Assembly (NCBI GenBank): GCA_000175855.1
Contig: ACYB01000036.1
Location: 35,497 to 67,496, forward strand
DNA: 32,000 nucleotides
Source of the DNA: Raphidiopsis brookii D9
GTDB lineage: Bacteria; Cyanobacteriota; Cyanobacteriia; Cyanobacteriales; Nostocaceae
Reading direction: 5' to 3'
In this document: positions 10,238-19,301 of the stretch, one piece after another
Layout of the letters: each line of letters begins with the position of its first letter
Position numbering within the stretch: position 1 is the stretch's first letter
Notes under the pieces: model-generated
What the model was told of the DNA's origin: nothing
Database searches by the model: none
Seen by the model: only the letters and a program-made list of their open reading frames with translations
Translations under genes and position numbers: made by a program

Positions 10238-12309
10238 CTAATCCCGATAACCAATCAGTAATTCCCAACCATTGAGTTTACCTATATCCTGGGGAGAACA
10301 GTCAACAACATGTAACTGCCAATTTCCCTTGGCTGATGAATTTAGTAGCTGTTTGAGAACTGGTTGGGAACTGACTGTATAGGTTTTTTCTAAACGGGTT
10401 TGTCTTCCCAAAGTACGACTTTGCAATAACAAAGACTGACTGTTAGGGGGGATCAAATAAACTTCTAGATCTCCCAAAAAATCATGGCTAATATTCACGC
10501 CAATTCTAATATCATTAATAATAATATTTTGAGGAACCACAATTGTAGTTCTCACTCCTTGTTTTTCCCCATCGGGAATAGTAACTTGATTTTTATTTTC
10601 GCCCCTGATTAATTTATTGGCATTGTTGGCAACCAATCCATTACCTCGTAATTTTTGAGCTGCTCTGACTGCTTTAGCTGCATTCACCTTACCATAACCA
10701 AACCACAAACAATGACCATTACTATTATAAGTACCTCCCTGCAAACCCAATTGAGGATCTGGTTGTGGATCAACAATTTTATCAGTGGTTTCTTGTAAAA
10801 TACGGTTGACCTGTTGAGCAGTTAAATCCGGATTGGCTGATAACATTAATGCTGCTACTCCAGCAACCACAGGGGTAGCACTGGAAGTTCCACCAAAATT
10901 ATTAGTGAAATTTCCAGGATTATAACCCGCTTTCCCTATTTGATCTGTTGTCAACATTCCCAGTCCATCTATAGTTGTTGAAATAGTTGGTTGGGTGTAC
11001 ACAAAACCACTTTCTTGAACCACATTCCCGGAGGAGCATTATTACTAGGAGCGCAAACAGAAATATTCTCTCCCCAATTGCTATAGGCCGCTTTTTTATT
11101 TAAACTTGTAGATGCAGAAACGGCAATTACATCGGGATGAATAGCAAACCCACTTAACCACTTGGTTTTGCCTTTTAACAGATCCTTAGGCCAATTTTGC
11201 TCGTCTATAGTACCACTAATGGGACGGTTAGCATTACCTGCTGCAAAAAGAATTACACATCCTTTTCCATTACGTCCCTTGGTTGCAGCACGGGTAATTG
11301 CTGCTTTTTGGCGTAAAGATAAGGGAAAATAAACCGCAGATGCTCCCCAGCTACAGGAGATAACACTGGCATTGTATTTTAATGCCCAGTTGAATATGTC
11401 CTCAATTGATTCATCATCCAAATATCCAGTTGTACGAATTGGCATGAGGGCACAACCAGGGGCCACACCAACAATACCCTGTCCATTTTCTTCAGCAACT
11501 GCTAGTCCAGCACAAGCAGTACCATGACTAGTTTCTTGCTCTCCTGGTAGGGGTAAAAAGTCTTTTTCTTTTAAATCCCTGGGAGCAACAATTTTACCCA
11601 CTCCTTGTAAATCTGGGTGGTTCAAATCAAAGGAGTCATCCACAACTGCGACTACCACTGAACGTACCCCACGAGTTATATCCCAAGCTTGCTCTACAGA
11701 AATATGCGAAGCGATCGCCAGTTGATTTCCACCACTGTGATTGAGATACCACTGTTGAGGATAGAGGGAATCGCTGGGTCTGTAATGGGTTTCTTGTTGA
11801 ATAAAAACATTTGGTTCCGCTGCTAAGACTTCTGGTAGGGTTTGTAGTTGGTTGGCAATTTTGAGAGGATTATGTGGGGACTGTTTGCTGACTAAAAATG
11901 TAAAGGTATTGGGTAAATCAGCTATAGGTTGGTTTTCAGTGAGATTAAGTGAAGAGGTTATAATACCAATTTTATCATTATCTACCCCAGCTGCAAATTG
12001 AACTGTTATCTGATCACTCAAATAGACATAGCTGCTAGGGTTATCCTGTAATTGATAAACATGACTGGCAAAAGCTACTTTTTGATCAGATCTAGCTTGT
12101 GACATAGCCGCTTCTATCTGATCTGGTGTAACAGTGAATAATTCCAACTTAGCTCTGGGAATAGTACGCTGCCATTTTCCCCAGGAGATCCTGGATAATT
12201 CCTCCCTGTTTAGGTCAGCATACAAACGAAGAGTAAAACGTTCCGTGGATTTTATGAGAATCAACTCCTCTCCACCACGTTGCAAAACTACTGGTTGGTC
12301 ATTGATCAT
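10238..12309 (-). pseudogene. S8 subtilisin-like peptidase with a C-terminal proprotein-convertase P-domain, interrupted by one single-base frameshift
   Basis: ORF pieces are 10969-12309 and 10238-11023. Triad contexts are VAVVDDSFD (Asp), SHGTACAG (His) and GGTSSATPVVAG (Ser). The P-domain is INDIRIGVNISHDFLGDLEVYLIPPNSQ. The frames join at 11025-11031 (APSNNAPPG|NVVQESGFVYTQ). I see no obvious signal peptide. Confidence 0.85.
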
Positions 12310-12443
12310 ATTCTTGATGATTAAATATTTTTGATAAACATACTGGAAACTATGCTTAACTTAGTATGGTGGTCACTATATTGTATATCAAGTTGGAGGG
12401 ATTTTCCCGTCAACCGCTTTAAGTCCCCAAACCATTTGACTTT

Positions 12444-13013
12444 ATGAACCTCAAAACTATTTACTTATTGCCCATAATATTTTGTGGTCTGTCCTTACCC
12501 GTCCAATCTCAGGTAGTCCAGTCACCAAATAAACCAGTACAGACTAAACCTAATGATAACCAACCTAGTCCGACCCCAAGGAAGAGTGAAAATACCAGTG
12601 TATTAAGTATTACAGGAGGCGATCGCCTGATGAAGGAGGGACAGGAAGCGGTGTCTGGCAAAAACTATACTCTAGCGGTCAAAAAACTCCAGGAAGCGCG
12701 TCAAATATATAATCAGCTATCTACCTTTTACCAAGAATTAAATGCCAGTTTTTCCGGGATTGATTTTAGCGTCTCTGATTCCCACCGCAAAAAGGCCCTA
12801 GAAACAGCCCAAAAACGAGACGAAGCGACTTATCAATTAGCATTGGTACATCGCTCATTAAACCAACCTGATTTGGCCATACCTCTTTTAATTCAAGTCA
12901 TTAAAAGTCAAAACCCTACCTGGGAACTAGGCAAAAAGGCCTATCAACAGCTGTGGGAACTAGGTTTTGCGGACATAGCTTATCCTGGAAAGACGGAAAA
13001 TCCAGGAAAGTAG
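12444..13013 (+). CDS. hypothetical secreted protein
   Basis: 189 aa. It has an N-terminal signal-like segment (MNLKTIYLLPIIFCGLSLPVQSQ), then a Pro/Gln-rich linker and a helical region. I do not recognise the family. Confidence 0.55.
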   Translation: MNLKTIYLLPIIFCGLSLPVQSQVVQSPNKPVQTKPNDNQPSPTPRKSENTSVLSITGGDRLMKEGQEAVSGKNYTLAVKKLQEARQIYNQLSTFYQELNASFSGIDFSVSDSHRKKALETAQKRDEATYQLALVHRSLNQPDLAIPLLIQVIKSQNPTWELGKKAYQQLWELGFADIAYPGKTENPGK

Positions 13014-13068
13014 CAGATTTTGGATTAACTGATAATAATTAGAGAAGGATGTTTTTCTAGGAATAACA

Positions 13069-13299
13069 ATGATAACTCCCCAACAGGTTGAACAAATGAT
13101 TAAAGGAGAACTACCAGATGCACAAGTACAAGTGCAAGACCTAACTGGTGGTGGAGACCACTATCAAGTAACAGTGGTTTCATCGCAATTTGCGGGTAAA
13201 GGACTTGTACAACAACATCGGATAGTTTATGATGCTTTAAAACAAGCTATGTCAACCGAGGCTATTCACGCTTTGGCTTTGAAAACATGTGCTCCCTAG
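13069..13299 (+). CDS. bolA: BolA family protein
   Basis: 76 aa. The pattern [38 protein letters not shown] and the conserved pairing with a downstream monothiol glutaredoxin support the call. Confidence 0.85.
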   Translation: MITPQQVEQMIKGELPDAQVQVQDLTGGGDHYQVTVVSSQFAGKGLVQQHRIVYDALKQAMSTEAIHALALKTCAP

Positions 13300-13335
13300 A
13301 TTATGGACAATTAACACAACAAGGAATTAAAAACC

Positions 13336-13671
13336 ATGACAGTAGAAAACCCAACAGAAATTAAAGCAACAATTGATAAATTAGTCAAAGAAAACAAAAT
13401 AATGGTTTTCATGAAAGGAAATAAATTAATGCCTCAATGTGGTTTCTCTAATAATGTTGTACAAATTCTCAACACTTTAGGAGTCCCCTTTGAGACCTTT
13501 GATGTTCTTTCTGACTATAACGTTCGTCAAGGTATTAAGGAGTATTCCAACTGGCCCACAATTCCCCAGGTTTACATTAATGGAGAATTTATTGGCGGGT
13601 CTGATATTTTGATTGAACTATATCAAAAAGGTCAATTACAGCAAATAGTTGAAGTAGCATTAGCTTCTTAG
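13336..13671 (+). CDS. grxD: Grx4-family monothiol glutaredoxin
   Basis: The CGFS active site (PQCGFSNN) and the [19 protein letters not shown] motif are present. Confidence 0.92.
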   Translation: MTVENPTEIKATIDKLVKENKIMVFMKGNKLMPQCGFSNNVVQILNTLGVPFETFDVLSDYNVRQGIKEYSNWPTIPQVYINGEFIGGSDILIELYQKGQLQQIVEVALAS

Positions 13672-13695
13672 ATATCCTCTTTAGTCCTCCTATTC

Positions 13696-13876
13696 AAGCA
13701 GGGCGTTTTCAAAGTCCGTGGTAAATTGCAAAATGACTTTTTAAAAACCCTTTTCCACACAGCGATCGCAGCTTTTTTTCTTAATTTTCGATTAATTAAA
13801 TTTTAAAAAAAGCCCAAACATTGACGGTAAAAATGTTCTGGCGATCGCAATTTTGGAGAATGAAAACGCCCTGCTT
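13696..13876. repeat. 16-bp perfect inverted repeat pair enclosing 149 bp (MITE-like or long hairpin)
   Basis: AAGCAGGGCGTTTTCA at 13696-13711 and its exact reverse complement TGAAAACGCCCTGCTT at 13861-13876. The interior carries two HIP1 sites. Confidence 0.5.
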
Positions 13877-13931
13877 AGAGAAGCTATCCATTAGTGAGAT
13901 ATTTTTTAACAAAAAGCGGATTTGGGAAAAT

Positions 13932-14165
13932 ATGAAGGTCTCATTCGAAAAAAACTATCCAAATATTACCCGATGGATTGATGAGCATGAAGGCTTGATT
14001 GAAATTGGCTACGATGACGATGATCCCTTAAATTCTTTTATCCGTGCTGTAGATTCTGGTGGAACACTATGGGAAGGAAAAGAAAGTTATGAAAGTATCG
14101 ATGCAGCACTGCAAGATTTAAATGCGGGGCTGGCATCTGTATTGGAAGAGATTTATGGAGAATAG
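13932..14165 (+). CDS. small acidic hypothetical protein
   Basis: The ATG at 13932 gives a 77-aa product (MKVSFEKNYPNITRWIDEHEG...). The track ORF from 13821 would run through the inverted-repeat element, so the shorter start is preferred. Confidence 0.5.
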   Translation: MKVSFEKNYPNITRWIDEHEGLIEIGYDDDDPLNSFIRAVDSGGTLWEGKESYESIDAALQDLNAGLASVLEEIYGE

Positions 14166-14175
14166 ATTGCACTAA

Positions 14176-15288
14176 TCAGTGTAAACCACTATCAAGTTTA
14201 TCTAAAACAAAGTGATTCCCACTCTCAAAATGTCCAAAAATTCTTTTAGCATCCCGGTCTGACCAAGCATCTATCTCATGGGTAGACGGAGGACGGGGAT
14301 TTCCTTTGAGTGCTTTTAAGTCAAGAGATGATACATTACATTTACCTCCTGATTCTAAATTCCTTGCTAACTGGTCTATTCTCTCGTTAATTAATACTAA
14401 TCTATCCCCTGATATTCCCTTCAAACTACCCTCAAACCTAGATCCATAACTTAACATTTCACTGGGTGAAGGATGCAACCTCTCCCCATAAATCTCTTTA
14501 TTTGTTCTTTTCCACACCAACTCTCCCCAAGGAGATAAAGAGACTTCACCTCCTACCGTCATTAATAGGGTTTCTGGTACACCACTAACGTCAGCAGTTT
14601 TCATTTTATTTGCCAGTCTACGAAAAACTTGAAGATGGTCACGTACGCTGTCTTCTACTACCATTTTCACGGGCAATTTTGGTATGCGCAACAGGTCTTT
14701 GGCTGTTTCAAAAATGTAAATTGTCTCGTCTGCATAAAATGTGGCTAGGGTTTGTAAAAATCCCTGCACACTCTTGAATCCCCCAGTTAAGTTAAATATA
14801 ATCTTATATTGGGAATTTCTATACTCAGGTATGGTATCTTCAAACCACTCCACCATATCTGATAAAGCAATTTGAAAGGACTCAATATCTTTTGTTTGCA
14901 GATCGGTCCTTCGGATTGTCTCAACTATAAAACCCCTTTTTCTTAACCAGAATTTTACCAAAGTAGCTGTCTGTTCCCCTAACCAGGTGTCAGTACAAAG
15001 CAAAAAGTGAGTGTCTGCTTTCTTCTCTAACTTACCATTATAAAGTTTAATAATGCCATTTAGCTCCGCTGACATCTTACTTGCTAACTCAAGATCAGCA
15101 GATGCTAGTTTTTCTTCTACTCTCTTAGCAAGCGATCGCAGTGTTAGGCTATCTTCTGGCGGTATATCTTGAATGTATTTTGCATTAGCATATTTACTGA
15201 CCAAACCTCTTTCCTCTTGAGCTGCTTGATTGGTCAACAAACTTGTGCCACAGGGTGAGAAAACAAATAAACGATTTTCCATGATCAA
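14176..15288 (-). CDS. CARF-domain protein (APE2256-type) with a C-terminal RelE/HigB-like toxin domain (Cami1-like architecture)
   Basis: The N-terminus LFVFSPCGTSLLTN is the hallmark first strand and loop of APE2256-family CARF proteins. The C-terminal ~70 aa (LKALKGNPRPPSTHEIDAWSDRDAKRIFGHFESGNHFVLDKLDSGLH) reads like a HigB/RelE fold. The second assignment rests on pattern recognition only. Confidence 0.65.
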   Translation of the reverse strand: MIMENRLFVFSPCGTSLLTNQAAQEERGLVSKYANAKYIQDIPPEDSLTLRSLAKRVEEKLASADLELASKMSAELNGIIKLYNGKLEKKADTHFLLCTDTWLGEQTATLVKFWLRKRGFIVETIRRTDLQTKDIESFQIALSDMVEWFEDTIPEYRNSQYKIIFNLTGGFKSVQGFLQTLATFYADETIYIFETAKDLLRIPKLPVKMVVEDSVRDHLQVFRRLANKMKTADVSGVPETLLMTVGGEVSLSPWGELVWKRTNKEIYGERLHPSPSEMLSYGSRFEGSLKGISGDRLVLINERIDQLARNLESGGKCNVSSLDLKALKGNPRPPSTHEIDAWSDRDAKRIFGHFESGNHFVLDKLDSGLH

Positions 15289-15346
15289 GGTTTCTGGTTA
15301 CAAGGGGTAATTTTATACTTTGGGACAGAGGTTCCAAACAAGTTTG

Positions 15347-16615
15347 TTAAGAAAGGGTGTTAGCAATGGTCTTTAACTCGAGTATAATCTGACCTGCTCT
15401 TGTTTCTAAACTTTCTGCTTTTTGAGGACTCTTGTTCATACCCACATGGGCAATATCATTGCGAATTTCGATTAACTTACCCCATTGTAGGGAAAACAAA
15501 TTAAAATCAGGTAGTTTTTCAAATTCATCATCCCAAGGGGAAACAGATGTTATTTCTTTGCCACGAAGTTTAATTTGTCCATTATTGAGCGCATTCCCCA
15601 CCTGTTCTCGCTGGTCTTTACTTAGTAGATCTTGTTCACCCAATCGATATGCTAAAACGGAAACTAGCCATTCTCTTGCTAAAGTCATAGCTTGCACAAC
15701 TTGATGTCTTTGTATATACCAATCTATTAGTTGAAATTGTAATCTCAGCCCTTGAGCTAAATTTTCGCTATTAGTGGGATTTTCTAGGGCAAATTGTCCA
15801 TATTCCTGGGTTAATTTTTGAGAAATCAGTCCAAAAGGTTTAGCTCTTTTATCAAAACTACGCTCTGCTTTTTTGATAATTTTCTCTAATTTTGTAGTTT
15901 CTTTTAAAATTTCTACAGGACGGACAAGACCTATAGCCAGAGAAATTTGATTAATAATGTCAGCAGTATCTTTAAATTCTCTAGCTAGAGGTCGTATAGT
16001 CGGATCATCTCTTTTTTCATCATTAGAAATTGCATTTTTTAACAGCTCTGCTAAGGGAGAACCATCACCTACTTTGACAAATCTATCTGCGGCCGCAAGC
16101 CAGTCTAATAAGCTGAGCATGGGCAATAAATCATAGGTGGGGGTATCTGCACCTTGGGCATTAGGGTCAAAAGCTCCATATAACACACCTTCAATTTGTA
16201 CCTGTTTTACCGTACGTAGGTAGCTAATAGCTAACAAGGCAATAACTGGAATGGAACGGAAACTATGGGTCAGGTCAAAAATAACCCTATCGCCCTCGTT
16301 TAAACAACTAGTAATTTTATCAAAAATTAACCAACTGTCATCCAAAGAATTACTCTCGGGAATATCAAAAACAGGCTCTAATTTAACAGATTTATTAGCT
16401 AGTTGTTCTTGTAATCCTTGCCAATTAGATACAGTTCCATTTCTGGGAATTTTAGTAGCTACCGTGGGTGTTAATAATACATATAATGTATCAGGTTGAT
16501 AAAATTCAACCAGGGCTTCCTGAAAAAATTTAGTCCTTACTGCTTGACTAGTTGTGGGATGGATATAATTGGTCTCGGTGTAATTATTAAAACCAAGAAA
16601 GGAAATAATTTTCAT
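15347..16615 (-). CDS. csx1: Csx1/Csm6-like CARF-HEPN ribonuclease (TM1812-type)
   Basis: The N-terminus is MKIISFLGFNNYTETNY, the DLTHSFRSIP motif is present, and the C-terminal HEPN R-x4-H motif RNDIAH is encoded at 15446-15463. Confidence 0.8.
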   Translation of the reverse strand: MKIISFLGFNNYTETNYIHPTTSQAVRTKFFQEALVEFYQPDTLYVLLTPTVATKIPRNGTVSNWQGLQEQLANKSVKLEPVFDIPESNSLDDSWLIFDKITSCLNEGDRVIFDLTHSFRSIPVIALLAISYLRTVKQVQIEGVLYGAFDPNAQGADTPTYDLLPMLSLLDWLAAADRFVKVGDGSPLAELLKNAISNDEKRDDPTIRPLAREFKDTADIINQISLAIGLVRPVEILKETTKLEKIIKKAERSFDKRAKPFGLISQKLTQEYGQFALENPTNSENLAQGLRLQFQLIDWYIQRHQVVQAMTLAREWLVSVLAYRLGEQDLLSKDQREQVGNALNNGQIKLRGKEITSVSPWDDEFEKLPDFNLFSLQWGKLIEIRNDIAHVGMNKSPQKAESLETRAGQIILELKTIANTLS

Positions 16616-16722
16616 CTGTTTACAAGGTTACTTACTGGTATTATGAAATGTTCTTTTATTTACATGTTTTAATTATACTAACCCGCGAATAAAAATTGTG
16701 TCATCTACCTGGCGGAATAGAA

Positions 16723-16744
16723 ATATCTATCTTTAGATAGATAT
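16723..16744. repeat. perfect palindrome ATATCTATCT-TT-AGATAGATAT
   Basis: 10-bp arms with a 2-nt centre. It sits 5 bp beyond the vapC stop and about 110 bp upstream of the csx1 start. Confidence 0.6.
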
Positions 16745-16749
16745 CTAAT

Positions 16750-17019
16750 CTAAACTATAAGGGAATCACCTACGGACATTTTTTGCTGTTGGCGCAAAGC
16801 AACCGCAATTTCAAGCGTAACTTTATTGATCATCAAAACATCCAAGTTATCTAAAATCGCCATGATGGCCTGTTTTTCAGCATCACCTAAACGATGGTAG
16901 CCCAATGTTTCCAAACGACTAATCGCAGAATAATGCGTGGCATAATTCACCAACCAGCTACGCAACTGCGTATATGGCGGCTGAGTGGCGTAAATAATCA
17001 AATTACTATCAATCAGCAT
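16750..17019 (-). CDS. vapC: PIN-domain VapC toxin, C-terminally truncated
   Basis: The likely start is the ATG at 17019 (MLIDSNLIIYA). It has the first three acidic PIN positions (D4, E in SRLETLGY, D in GDSLI) but stops at about 89 aa, without the usual final ~40 aa and last Asp. Confidence 0.65.
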   Translation of the reverse strand: MLIDSNLIIYATQPPYTQLRSWLVNYATHYSAISRLETLGYHRLGDAEKQAIMAILDNLDVLMINKVTLEIAVALRQQQKMSVGDSLIV

Positions 17020-17278
17020 CCTCTCTCCCGAATAAATTGCGATCTTGCCTTTGTTCACGCTGCCAAACAACTGGATCAGCAATTTCTGCAAAAGGATTTA
17101 ACGCCACCGCCTGCGCCAATGCTTGCGCCAAAACTTCCCGCCTTGCTTGGTTTGAAGTGATAGGCCTTTTTTTTCGTGCTTTTTGTTCTAGGTAAACAGC
17201 ATAATTCAGTAACTCCGCTTGCGATGATATCGGTAGAGCGGCAGCATGGTGTTGAATTTGTTGCAAAATAGGGTTCAT
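17009..17278 (-). CDS. vapB: VapB/DUF2281-type antitoxin
   Basis: The ATG at 17278 is preceded by AGGAG. The product MNPILQQIQHHAAALPISSQAELLNYAVYLEQKA...DPVVWQREQRQDRNLFGRE is typical of cyanobacterial PIN-partner antitoxins. Its stop overlaps the vapC start by 11 nt. Confidence 0.6.
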   Translation of the reverse strand: MNPILQQIQHHAAALPISSQAELLNYAVYLEQKARKKRPITSNQARREVLAQALAQAVALNPFAEIADPVVWQREQRQDRNLFGREDAD

Positions 17279-17384
17279 AGCTCCTGTCGTTTGTCTAGTA
17301 CCGGCGATATCTATATTACTGCTCAACAGGAAGCAGGTAAATAACACTCCTCTATGTTGTTGCTTTAGCACGGGGAGTGTCAAC

Positions 17385-17418
17385 TGTAGTATCTTTACAG
17401 ATGTAGTATCTTTACAGA
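17385..17418. repeat. perfect 2 x 17-bp tandem duplication TGTAGTATCTTTACAGA
   Basis: The copies are at 17385-17401 and 17402-17418. The repeat straddles the FkbM stop codon (17412-14) and lies upstream of a TTGACA hexamer and the vapB start. Confidence 0.9.
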
Positions 17419-18212
17419 CTGGCATGAGTGTCGTACCATGGCTCCTTAAGATTGAGTGTTTCTATGAGCATCCTACCCAGAGGATATCTATAAATAATCC
17501 CCTGTACGCCCAATATTTTATAGAACCAGAAAATGCGTTTGTAGATATTAATTGCTGCTCTTTCTGAAAGCCAATGACCGGGTGTTTCTTCTCCAAATAA
17601 TCCACTAGCACCAAATTCAAATTGATGTTCAATGTAATTGCCTTCTCTTGCGGGATATGGGCAAATTTGTTGTGCAGTTTTCTCTTGGTTAATAACTTTA
17701 AATTTCTGATAACCGAGTTCTTTTAAGAGCTTAAATTCTTCCAACAGGCTACTCCACGAAGTTTTGACTGATTCTATGGAAATAAACTGTGGCTTAGTAT
17801 CAAAGTGTTTGAGCGCCTGAACGCATAATATATCTGAACCTTCAATATCAACTTTTAGATAATAGGGAATGCCAAAGTCTTGTAAAATATTTTCAAATCT
17901 AGCCCCTTGTACAGTAATAGCCTCCGATTTGGTACCCAGAATTTCATTGCGAACAACAAAATCTGAAGAAGTTGTCCCCCAAATACTTTTGTCTAGGTTG
18001 GTATAGAAGGTAATTTCGCCATCTTGGGGGGCGATTGCTACATTGAGGAGTTGAAGTTGACCATTATCTATATATGATTGTAGTTTATTTTTTGTTGCTT
18101 CATAAATTTGGGGGTTGGCTTCTATACCCACCACTCGAAAACCTTTTTTTAAATAGTATTCGGTATCTTCACCCTGATGAACACCAACATCTATTATTAA
18201 ATTTTTATCCAT
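17412..18212 (-). CDS. FkbM family methyltransferase
   Basis: 266 aa. IIDVGVHQGEDTEYYLKKGFRVVGIEANP is the FkbM-type SAM-binding N-terminus. Confidence 0.8.
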   Translation of the reverse strand: MDKNLIIDVGVHQGEDTEYYLKKGFRVVGIEANPQIYEATKNKLQSYIDNGQLQLLNVAIAPQDGEITFYTNLDKSIWGTTSSDFVVRNEILGTKSEAITVQGARFENILQDFGIPYYLKVDIEGSDILCVQALKHFDTKPQFISIESVKTSWSSLLEEFKLLKELGYQKFKVINQEKTAQQICPYPAREGNYIEHQFEFGASGLFGEETPGHWLSERAAINIYKRIFWFYKILGVQGIIYRYPLGRMLIETLNLKEPWYDTHASL

Positions 18213-18388
18213 AGATAATAAGTTTTCCTAATCGTTCTCCCAAGCATACTCCTCCATATTAACCCATTACCTCGTTGCTGTCTACCTAATCCAGCGCAAT
18301 CGCACTGCACTCCCTGTGATCGCTCTTCCCGTACCACCGCATCCCCAAAATTAATATAATGGGGGAGTCCTACCTGAATTTAAAGATA

Positions 18389-19240
18389 ATGGTCACCACT
18401 TTAAAACCAGTTTCCACCCTACCAACACAGGACGAATTACCTTGCGATGATGGAGTGCCAATGGAGACTCAACGTCACAAAATGCAAATAGAAATCCTGA
18501 TAGAAACCCTAGGTCCATGGTTAAAGAATCGCGAAGATGGCTACATTGGTGGCAATATGTTTGTATACTTTAGTGCCAATGAAATCAAAACAGAAGATTT
18601 TAAAGGACCAGACTTTTTTGCGGTATTGGGAGTACCAAAGGGAGAGCGGAAAAGTTGGGTGGTATGGCAAGAAGGAAAAAGTCCAGATGTGATTATAGAG
18701 CTGTTATCAGAGAGTACAGCCAAAACAGATAAGATAACCAAGAAAAAAATCTACCAGGAGCAAATAAGGGTACCAGAGTATTTTTGGTATGACCCCTTTG
18801 ACCCAGAAGACTGGCAAGGGTTTGGGCTAAGGGATGGAGTTTACGAACCATTGGAGCGGATAGATGGGATGTATGAAAGCAAGCAGATGCAATTAAAGCT
18901 AGTGCGGTGGGAAGGGGATTATGAAGAGGTAAATGCGGTATGGCTAAGGTGGGCAACTTTAGAAGGAGAACTGCTACCAACCCGGTCAGAGATAATAGAA
19001 CAGGAACGATTAGCTAAAGAACAAGCAGAAGCTTTAGTTATTCAGGAACGCCAACAAAGGGAGATAGCAGAAACCCTAGCTATTCAAGAACGCCAACAAA
19101 AGGAGGTAGCAGAAGCCCTGGCTATTCAAGAACGCCAACAAAAGGAGGTAGCAGAAGCCCTAGCTATTCAAGAACGTGAGAAGAAGGAAAAATTAGCTGC
19201 CCACTTGCGCGCTCTTGGCATCAACCCAGATGAGATTTAA
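18389..19240 (+). CDS. Uma2 (DUF820) family PD-(D/E)xK endonuclease with a C-terminal 14-aa tandem-repeat tail
   Basis: ELPCDDGVPMETQRHKMQIEIL...PDFFAVLGV...PDVIIELLSEST matches the Uma2 core. The ATG at 18389 is preferred over 18359. Confidence 0.8.
   Translation: MVTTLKPVSTLPTQDELPCDDGVPMETQRHKMQIEILIETLGPWLKNREDGYIGGNMFVYFSANEIKTEDFKGPDFFAVLGVPKGERKSWVVWQEGKSPDVIIELLSESTAKTDKITKKKIYQEQIRVPEYFWYDPFDPEDWQGFGLRDGVYEPLERIDGMYESKQMQLKLVRWEGDYEEVNAVWLRWATLEGELLPTRSEIIEQERLAKEQAEALVIQERQQREIAETLAIQERQQKEVAEALAIQERQQKEVAEALAIQEREKKEKLAAHLRALGINPDEI
19025..19192 (+). repeat. four tandem 42-bp units inside the Uma2 gene
   Basis: Units start at 19025, 19067, 19109 and 19151, and the middle two are near-identical. 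They encode AE(A/T)LAIQERQQKEV heptad-like repeats. Confidence 0.9.
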
Positions 19241-19301
19241 AGGCGTTGCACTCACACGGGATGATGTATAATAAGGGGAAGAATTTTTAGCAGGCGATCG
19301 C

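Noticed and set aside
17385-17418. NtcA-type site in the tandem repeat (TGTA...TACA)
   Set aside because: The spacing is GTA-N7-TAC rather than the canonical GTA-N8-TAC, and no suitably placed -10 box follows.
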